Part shown: positions 57,786 through 64,000 of the stretch, piece by piece
Position numbering within the stretch: position 1 is the first letter of the stretch
How the letters are laid out: each line of letters begins with the position of its first letter
Source: an uncultured Actinomycetes bacterium
GTDB taxonomy: Bacteria; Actinomycetota; Thermoleophilia; Gaiellales; Gaiellaceae
Length of the DNA stretch: 64,000 bases
Reading direction: 5' to 3'
Assembly: GCA_963794045.1 (NCBI GenBank)
Contig: CAWCCJ010000007.1
Location: forward strand, 177,654-241,653
Program-made: the position numbers and the translations under genes
The notes under the pieces: model-generated
Databases searched by the model: none
Told to the model about the DNA's origin: nothing
Seen by the model: only the letters and a program-made list of their open reading frames with translations

Positions 57786-58235
57786 GTGGGCCGTCGTCAC
57801 TCGTACTCCTCGCTGCCGGCCGCGGGTTGCGGCGGTGGAGGGAAGACGGACTCGCAGCCGGCGTTGCTCACGGACGTCCGTACCAAGGGCGACTCCGTCC
57901 GCTTCGAGTTTCGGGGCGAGCCGAGGGACGTGAAGGCCCGCTACGTCGCGAGGCGCGATCTCGTCGAGTGCGGCTCGGGGGCGCCCGTCGCGCTGAAGGG
58001 CAGCGCCTACGCGGTTGTCCATTTCACCCCGGCGCAGACCGCCTCGATCGCCGACGACGGGACGGTGACGCCCACCTACACAGGGCCGAGAAGGCTCTCG
58101 GGCGAAGGCCCCGTGCTCGAGGTCGCGAAGCTCTGCGACTTCGAGGCGGACGTCGGCTGGGCGATCGGGGTCGACGGCCGTTTGCCGATGGACGTTTCCA
58201 CCGACGCCGGGACGGTCACGATCACCTTCGGATGA
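57786..58235 (+). CDS. putative lipoprotein (signal-peptide region disturbed)
   Basis: The lipobox-like AAGC sits in the ORF frame. The MKWAVV start (57781) and the hydrophobic LVLLAAG core are in two other frames. Confidence 0.5.
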   Translation: MGRRHSYSSLPAAGCGGGGKTDSQPALLTDVRTKGDSVRFEFRGEPRDVKARYVARRDLVECGSGAPVALKGSAYAVVHFTPAQTASIADDGTVTPTYTGPRRLSGEGPVLEVAKLCDFEADVGWAIGVDGRLPMDVSTDAGTVTITFG

Positions 58236-58996
58236 CCGAACTGGACGGCATGTGGAACGTCAGGCGGGTGAGCGGCGCATTGCCGCCCCTCGTCGGCGTC
58301 CGCAAGCGCATCGACGGGGCGGCCGGCGAGACGATCGTCGTCGGCGGGCGCGGCATTCCGTTCGACGTGCGCGGACTGGAGCTTCGCTACCAGGCGCCGC
58401 TCGCGTTTCTCGTCGACGTCCTGGAGCCGGACAACGGGGGCTTCCACGGGCGCGCGACCGCGTTCGGGCGCACCTACGGAGAATTCGAGCTGAGGAGAGT
58501 TGGGATGGCGGACCTGCAGTCGCAGTTGATCAAGCACATCGACGAGGCGCACGCGCTCGAGCAGACCGTTTCGCGGATGCTGGACGGCCTCATCGCAAGC
58601 GCAGACGATCCCGAGGTGATCGACCGGCTCGAGCATCACAAGCTCGAGACGCAGCAGCACGAGTCGACGATGCGGCGCCGCCTCGAGGCGCACGGTGCGC
58701 AGCCGTCGATGGTGCGGCAGGCCGCCGGCATGCTCGAGGCGATGCTCAAGATGCCGCTCGACCTGATGCGCGGCGAGAAGTCGGGGCGCACGGCGCGCGA
58801 CGCGTATACGACCGAGCATCTCGAGATCGCGAGCTACGAGCTCCTTCGCCGGGTGGCCGAGCGTGCCGGCGACGAGGAGACCGCGGCCGCGTGCCGCGAC
58901 ATCCTCGAGCAGGAGCGGGCGATGGCGACCTACATCGAGGAGAACTGGGACCGGTTCGCCGAGCTGTCGCTGCGGGAGCAGGGCGTCCCCGTCTGA
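58232..58996 (+). CDS. hypothetical N-segment in frame with a DUF892 (YciE/YciF ferritin-like) domain
   Basis: ATGA overlap with the upstream gene. The DUF892 part starts at ATG 58505 behind an AGGAGA Shine-Dalgarno sequence (MADLQSQLIKHIDEAHALEQ...). No stop separates the two parts. Confidence 0.6.
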   Translation: MTELDGMWNVRRVSGALPPLVGVRKRIDGAAGETIVVGGRGIPFDVRGLELRYQAPLAFLVDVLEPDNGGFHGRATAFGRTYGEFELRRVGMADLQSQLIKHIDEAHALEQTVSRMLDGLIASADDPEVIDRLEHHKLETQQHESTMRRRLEAHGAQPSMVRQAAGMLEAMLKMPLDLMRGEKSGRTARDAYTTEHLEIASYELLRRVAERAGDEETAAACRDILEQERAMATYIEENWDRFAELSLREQGVPV

Positions 58997-59058
58997 GGAA
59001 CGAAAACGGGGCGGCTCGCGCCGCCCCGTGGCTCGCTTACCTCCTCGTCCGGCCGGCT

Positions 59059-59319
59059 CTACTTCAGCCAGGGAGCGAGGAAGTTCTCGATCTCGCGGCA
59101 GCCGCGCGGGCGCTCGAGCCGAGCGCGCACGATCTTGTCCTCGACGACGACGAGCGTCGGCATCGTGCCGATCTGGAAGCGCTCGACGAGGTCGGGCCGC
59201 TCCGCCTCGTCGACGCGGTAGAGCTTGAATGTGCCGTGATTCCTCCGGCGCTGCAGCACCTGCGCGAGGAATCCTTCGACGCGGCGACACGAGCCGGACA
59301 CGGGCGAGTAGAAGAACAC
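59059..59319 (-). CDS. thioredoxin-fold protein (no CxxC)
   Basis: FFYSPVSGSCRRVEG....GTMPTLVVVED follows a thioredoxin-like pattern. The 5' end is uncertain. Confidence 0.6.
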   Translation of the reverse strand: MFFYSPVSGSCRRVEGFLAQVLQRRRNHGTFKLYRVDEAERPDLVERFQIGTMPTLVVVEDKIVRARLERPRGCREIENFLAPWLK

Positions 59320-59508
59320 GAGTCCAGGCTGCTGGGCGTTGGAAGCCGCGGTGGATATGGTCTACCTCCTTGGTGCGGGGGCGCCTTCGCGGGGTGAAGG
59401 CTGGACATTTCTTTCCCCGAGCCGCGGTGCCACCTAACCAACCTTTGCTCAGGAACCGCCAAGATTCAGCGCAACCGGAGGAGCTTTCGTTCCGTCTAGA
59501 TTCGTGAG

Positions 59509-60741
59509 ATGAGGCGAGTCGTGGTGACGGGGCTCGGCGCGGTGACGCCGATCGGGAACGATGCGCGGACGACGTGGCAGTCCGCGGTCGCCGGGCGGAG
59601 CGGCATCGACTTCATCCGCTCCTACGAGCCGAACGGCCAGGCGGTGCGGATCGCGGCCGAGGTGAAGGACTTCGACCCGAGCGGTGTCGTCTCGCACAAG
59701 GAGGCCCGGAAGCTCGACCGCAACGTGCTGCTCGCCGTCGCCGCCGGCAAGGAGGCGGTTGAGGATGCAGGGCTCGACGGCGTCTACGAGCCGAGCCGGG
59801 TCGGCATCCTCTTCGGCACGGCGATCGGCGGTTTCCTCGGGATCATGGAGCAGGCCGAGATACTGCGCGAGCGCGGCCCCGATCGCGTCGCACCGACCTT
59901 CATCCCGAGCGTCCTCCCCGACGCGGCGAGCGGTCAGCTCGCGATCTCGCTGGGGTTCCGCGGCCCGAACTATGCGCCGGTCTCGGCGTGCGCGACCGGT
60001 TCACACGCCATCGGGGAAGCCGCGGAGATCATCCGCCGCGGCGACGCAGACGCGGTGCTCGCGGGCGGCGCCGAGGCGTGCGTCCACCCGTTGATCTTCG
60101 CCGGCTTCAGCGCGATGCGCGGCCTCGTCTCCGAAGAGGAGCATCCGCCGCGCGCGTCGCGGCCGTTCGACGCGACGCGCGCAGGGTTCGTGATCGGCGA
60201 AGGCGCATGCGTCCTCGTTCTCGAGGAGCTCGACGCTGCGCGCGCCCGCGGTGCGACCGTGTACGGCGAGATCCTCTCCTACGGAGCCTCGAACGATGCG
60301 CACCACATGGCACAACCCGATCCCGATTCGGTCGGCGTGATCGAGATGATGCGGCGCGCCCTCGAGCGCGCCGAGATCTCACGAGAGCGTGTCGGCTACA
60401 TCAACGCCCACGGGACGTCGACGCCGCTCGGCGATGCAGCAGAGACGCGAGCGATCAAGGACGTCTTCGGCGACCACGCGTACGACCTCGCGGTCTCGTC
60501 GACGAAGTCGGTGACCGGGCATTGCTTCGGCGCAGCAGGCGCGATCGAGGCGATGATGTGCGTGCTCGCGATTCACCACGGCATCCTGCCGCCGACGATG
60601 AACTACGAGCATCCGGACCCCGAGTGCGATCTCGACTACGTGCCGAACGAGGCTCGCGAGGCGCGCATCGATGTTGCCCTGTCGAATGCAATGGGCCTCG
60701 GCGGCCACAACGGCTGCGTGCTAGTCGGCCGCGTGGACTGA
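59509..60741 (+). CDS. fabF: beta-ketoacyl-ACP synthase II
   Basis: VVVTGLGAVTPIG, the active-site Cys in SACATGSHAIGEA, NAHGTSTPLGD and GHCFGAAG. Confidence 0.9.
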   Translation: MRRVVVTGLGAVTPIGNDARTTWQSAVAGRSGIDFIRSYEPNGQAVRIAAEVKDFDPSGVVSHKEARKLDRNVLLAVAAGKEAVEDAGLDGVYEPSRVGILFGTAIGGFLGIMEQAEILRERGPDRVAPTFIPSVLPDAASGQLAISLGFRGPNYAPVSACATGSHAIGEAAEIIRRGDADAVLAGGAEACVHPLIFAGFSAMRGLVSEEEHPPRASRPFDATRAGFVIGEGACVLVLEELDAARARGATVYGEILSYGASNDAHHMAQPDPDSVGVIEMMRRALERAEISRERVGYINAHGTSTPLGDAAETRAIKDVFGDHAYDLAVSSTKSVTGHCFGAAGAIEAMMCVLAIHHGILPPTMNYEHPDPECDLDYVPNEAREARIDVALSNAMGLGGHNGCVLVGRVD

Positions 60742-60831
60742 ATTGGTCGCAGCGCCGGAATCCGCTCGCGCGGATTCCGGCGCGCGCAAAACCCCTGAAG
60801 CCGGCCGCACGCGGCCGGGCATTTCGTGCCG

Positions 60832-61479
60832 TCAGCCGGCGACGAGATCGGGCGTCAGTTCGGCGAGTGAGCGGACGATGACGTCCGCGTGCGCGAGCGA
60901 CTCCTCGTCCGGCGGATACGACGGGTTCGGGATCGCGATCACGCGCATACCGGCGGTCTTCGCGGAGCGGATGCCGCCGTGCGAGTCCTCGATCGCCGCG
61001 CAGCGGCCCGGGTCGGCGTCGAGCCGTCGGGCCGCCTCGAGGTAGACGTCGGGAGCGGGCTTCCCGCGTTCGACCTCTTCCGAGGAGACGGTGGCTTGGA
61101 AGTACTGCGCGAGGCCGGCGACGTCGAGCACCGTGTCGATCAGCGGACGGTTCGAGGACGATGCGACGGCGAGCGGGTAACGGCCGGCGAGCCGTCGAAC
61201 CGCATCGGGCGCGCCGTCGATCAGCGGCAAGTGGTCGCGGTAGGCAGCGAGCATCCGCCGTACGACCTCGGCGTTGATTGCTTCCGGGTCGTCCGGCACG
61301 GAGGCGGTCTCGTGCAGGTAGCGCGACCACTCGGTCGAGCTCATGCCCATCATCGCGCGCTGCACCTCGGCGTCGTAGCGGCCGCCTCGCTCGGCGACGT
61401 AGCGCTCGCGGACCTCGTCCCAGACTTCCTCGGATTGGATCAGCACGCCGTCCATGTCGAAGACGATCGCGTCGATCAC
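60832..61479 (-). CDS. HAD-IA family hydrolase (phosphatase-like)
   Basis: AIVFDMDGVL motif I, AVASSS motif II and KPAPDVY..IEDSHGGIRSAKTAGM motifs III/IV. The GTG start overlaps the upstream stop (GTGA). Confidence 0.8.
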   Translation of the reverse strand: MIDAIVFDMDGVLIQSEEVWDEVRERYVAERGGRYDAEVQRAMMGMSSTEWSRYLHETASVPDDPEAINAEVVRRMLAAYRDHLPLIDGAPDAVRRLAGRYPLAVASSSNRPLIDTVLDVAGLAQYFQATVSSEEVERGKPAPDVYLEAARRLDADPGRCAAIEDSHGGIRSAKTAGMRVIAIPNPSYPPDEESLAHADVIVRSLAELTPDLVAG

Positions 61480-61959
61480 AACGAGTGGTAGCTGCGGTCG
61501 CGGTACATCAATGCGCTCGGCGCCGGCCCGCGCTCGACCGCATCGACGTGCGCGATGAAGAACGTGTGGTCGCCGGCATCGTGCTCGGAGAGGGTCGTCG
61601 CCTCGATCCAGCCCGAGCGCGCCGGCGATGCGCGGGGCGTGGTGGCCCTCGATCCGATCGACGCCGTCCCAGTGGATGATCGGCGGGTGCCCGGCGGCGA
61701 AGCGGCGGGCAAGATCCTCCTGCCCGTCGCCGAGGACGCTCACGGTGAAGGTGCCGGCTGCGCGGAGGAGCTCGTAGATCGACGCCTGCTTCCCGATCGA
61801 GATCCCGACGAGCGGCGGCTCGAGCGAGAGCGAGACGAGCGACGAGATCGTGACGCCCATCTTGTCGCGCTCGTGGTCGACCGCGAGCACGGCAACGGGA
61901 TGCGGCACGAACCGCATCAGGCCGCGCAGGTCCTCGCCCTCGACCATGCGCGCGATCAT
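61476..61959 (-). pseudogene. flavin reductase family protein, single frameshift
   Basis: The N-terminal part (LMRFVPHPVAVLAV..MGVTISSL) is in the ORF 60832-61959 frame. The C-terminal WIEATTLSEHDAGDHTFFIAHV is in ORF 61476-61712. The junction is near 61620. Confidence 0.65.
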
Positions 61960-61980
61960 AGGGTTGCGTGCACGCGGTAG

Positions 61981-62065
61981 CGGCGGGGGTGGGATTCGAA
62001 CCCACGGGGGCGTAAGCCCCAGCGACTTTCAAGGCCGCCCCGTTCGACCGCTCCGGCACCCCGCC
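61981..62065 (-). tRNA. tRNA-Ser (anticodon UGA)
   Basis: The reverse complement is GGCGGGGTGCCGGAGCGGTCGAACGGGGCGGCCTTGAAAGTCGC... with a variable arm and the T-arm GTGGGTTCGAATCCCAC. Confidence 0.85.
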
Positions 62066-62085
62066 GCGCGGCCGAATAGTACGGG

Positions 62086-63282
62086 TCAGTCGCGCGAGAT
62101 CTGCGCGGGCGCGCCGTACTGCTGCAGCACGTCCGGCACGCCGCCCTGGAAGTTCTCGAGTATCGCGAGCACCGCGCGGTCGGTCACCGCCGTCCCGTTC
62201 AGCGTGTGCACCGGCTCGAGATTCTTGCCGTCGCGGTAGCGGATGCCGAGCCGGCGCGCCTGGAAGTCGGTCGTGTTGGACGTCGATGTCAGCTCGCGGT
62301 AGCGCTGCTGGTGTGCGAACCAGCCCTCGCAGTCGTACTTCTTCGCCGCCGGCGCGCCGAGGTCGCCTGCCGCGACGTTGACGACGCGGTACGGCAGCTC
62401 GAGCGACTGCAGGATCCGCTCCTCGACCGCGAGCAGACGCTCGTGCTCGTCCGCAGACGTGCTCGGCTCGCAGTAGACGAACATCTCGACCTTGTTGAAC
62501 TGGTGGACACGGAACATGCCGCGCGTGTCCTTGCCGGCGGCGCCCGCCTCGCGGCGGAAGTTCGTCGAGTACCCGGCGTAGCGAAGCGGCAGCTCGTCGA
62601 GGATCTCGCCCATGTGCAGGCCGGCGAGCGCGACCTCCGAGGTGCCGGTCAGATAGAGCTCGTCCTCCGGGAGCGCGTAGATATTGGAGCGTTCGGTGGG
62701 GAAGAAACCCGTGCCGTACATCGCCTCCTCGCGCACGAGCACCGGCGGCAGGACCGGCAGGAAGCCCTCGGCGCGCACGGTCTCGATCGCGTGGCGGTAC
62801 ACGGCGAGCGCGAGGAGCGCCGTGTCGCCGATCATGTAGCCGAACCGGGCCCCGGAGAGGCGCGCCGCGCGCTCCATGTCGAAGCGGCCGATCTCGGTGT
62901 GCTCCTTGGGGTCATCGAGCTTGGCGGGCTCCCCCCAGCGCCGGATCTCCTCGGCGTCCTCGTCGGTGTCGCCGTCGGGCGCTGCGTCGTCGGGCGGGTT
63001 CGGAAGCTGCGCGAGCGCGGCGTCGCGCGCTGACTCAGCGTCCGCGAGCTCGGCCTCCGCACGCTGTAACTCGTCCTTCACGCCGCGCAGCTCCTCCAGC
63101 TGCTCCGGCGTCGGCTTGCCTTTCAGCTTCGTCTTCGCGCGCAGGTCGTCGACGCGCGGAACGACGGCGCGCCAGCGCTCGTCCGCAGCAAGCCAGACGT
63201 CGAATGCCTCGGCGGCTCCCTTGCGCGCGAGCATGCGACGGTACTCGTCCGGATTTGCGCGGGCGGCGCGTGCGTCGATCAC
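62086..63282 (-). CDS. serS: seryl-tRNA synthetase
   Basis: The GTG at 63282 gives VIDARAARANPDEY... Class-II motifs are present (FRREAGAAGKDTRGMFRVHQFNKVE; TLNGTAVTDRAVLAILENFQ). Confidence 0.9.
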   Translation of the reverse strand: MIDARAARANPDEYRRMLARKGAAEAFDVWLAADERWRAVVPRVDDLRAKTKLKGKPTPEQLEELRGVKDELQRAEAELADAESARDAALAQLPNPPDDAAPDGDTDEDAEEIRRWGEPAKLDDPKEHTEIGRFDMERAARLSGARFGYMIGDTALLALAVYRHAIETVRAEGFLPVLPPVLVREEAMYGTGFFPTERSNIYALPEDELYLTGTSEVALAGLHMGEILDELPLRYAGYSTNFRREAGAAGKDTRGMFRVHQFNKVEMFVYCEPSTSADEHERLLAVEERILQSLELPYRVVNVAAGDLGAPAAKKYDCEGWFAHQQRYRELTSTSNTTDFQARRLGIRYRDGKNLEPVHTLNGTAVTDRAVLAILENFQGGVPDVLQQYGAPAQISRD

Positions 63283-64000
63283 GTGCGTGAGTCTAGGTAT
63301 GCCTCGAGGAGGTCGGCGACGCCCTCGTGCTCGACGTCCGCCACGACGAGGTCGGCTCGGTCGAGGATCTCGCGGTGCGGCGTTCGCGACGGCGACGCGG
63401 TACCCCGCCCAGTCGAGGAGCTCGCGGTCGTTCTCGCCGTCGCCGCACGCCACCGTCTCGCCCGGCGCGAAGCCGAGGAGCTCGGCGACGAATGCGAGGC
63501 CTGCGCCTTTGCTCACGTCGGGATGCGCGAACTCGAGGAAGTAGGGCAGCGACTTCGAGACGAAGAGCCGGCCGGCGAAGCGCGGCTTCAGCTCGGCCTC
63601 GAGCACGTCGAGCTCTGCCGGGTCGCCGACGGCGACGAGCTTCGTCGGGTCGTCATGGAGCCACCGGCGGAGCGGGCCGACGGCATGGATCTCGAGGTTC
63701 TGGAAGTCCGCGTAGGCGCGCGCCTCGGGCGTCACCTCGGCGACATAGAGGAGGTCGTCGACATAGCAGTTGATGTGAAAGCCCGCCCCGACGACCGCGT
63801 CGATCGCCTCGAGCGCAGTCTCGCGCGGGATCGGGACGTGCCGCAGGAACTCGCCGGTCACCGGGTCCGCGACGACTGCTCCCTGGTAGCAGATGACGGG
63901 ATCGTCGAGCCCCGCTTCCTCGAGGTAGGGCCGCACGGCGCGGAACATCCGGCCGGTGACGACGATCACGTGGACGCCCTCAGCGCGGGTCCGGCCGATC
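63279..64000 (-). pseudogene. Cof-type HAD phosphatase (5' end beyond the window), C-terminal frameshift
   Basis: VIVVTGRMF...CGDGENDRELL... The tail EILDRADLVVADVEHEGVADLLEAYLDSRT-TGA is in another frame from about 63365. Its stop overlaps the serS GTG (GTGA). Confidence 0.7.

Noticed and set aside
59320-59360. Upstream start for the thioredoxin-fold gene (GGAGG followed 6 nt later by ATA)
   Set aside because: ATA is not a standard initiation codon, and an in-frame TAG lies immediately upstream. I kept the GTG at 59319 and flagged the 5' end as uncertain.
1-64000. CRISPR arrays, rRNA genes, tmRNA, large tandem repeats
   Set aside because: No regularly spaced direct repeats and no rRNA-like conserved stretches were seen. 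The only T-arm-like orphan (14868-14893) lacks the tmRNA acceptor/ACCA end.

Overview
High-GC (about 70%) bacterial chromosome segment with actinobacterial-type gene content (Thermoleophilia/Rubrobacteria-like is only a guess). No rRNA genes or CRISPR arrays were seen. Three parts stand out. (1) 1-14.25 kb is a compact biosynthetic block. Its main operon is translationally coupled and encodes three radical-SAM domains, three glycosyltransferases, a sulfotransferase-like/radical-SAM fusion and a UGM/HemY-like flavoenzyme. A divergent arm adds an HprK-like P-loop kinase, a SAM methyltransferase, a fourth radical-SAM enzyme, a class-III aminotransferase and a Zn-dehydrogenase. I could not match this combination to a known pathway, and it is the best candidate for an undescribed system. 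(2) 15-44 kb holds housekeeping and stress genes: M20 peptidase with glutaminase, HdeD with Usp, AbgT, SLC13, a GAF histidine kinase with an atypical OmpR-type and a NarL-type regulator, GH6 with LacI, an ECF sigma with DUF4349, and NirK. Five promoters between 17.5 and 27.5 kb share one unusual architecture, CTTGAC-N5-CTTGAs-N17-TGAnnn. (3) A 61-nt direct repeat of the 3' part of tRNA-Ser(CGA) brackets a 9.5-kb integrase-less, decaying island at 44.27-53.74 kb. From about 40 kb onward many genes need frameshifts to be read (ABC sugar transporter, Cj0069-like, GroES-like, DNA ligase, flavin reductase, Cof-HAD, ECF sigma). These are either real pseudogenes or assembly indels. Four tRNA-Ser isoacceptors, tRNA-Val and serS are also present.
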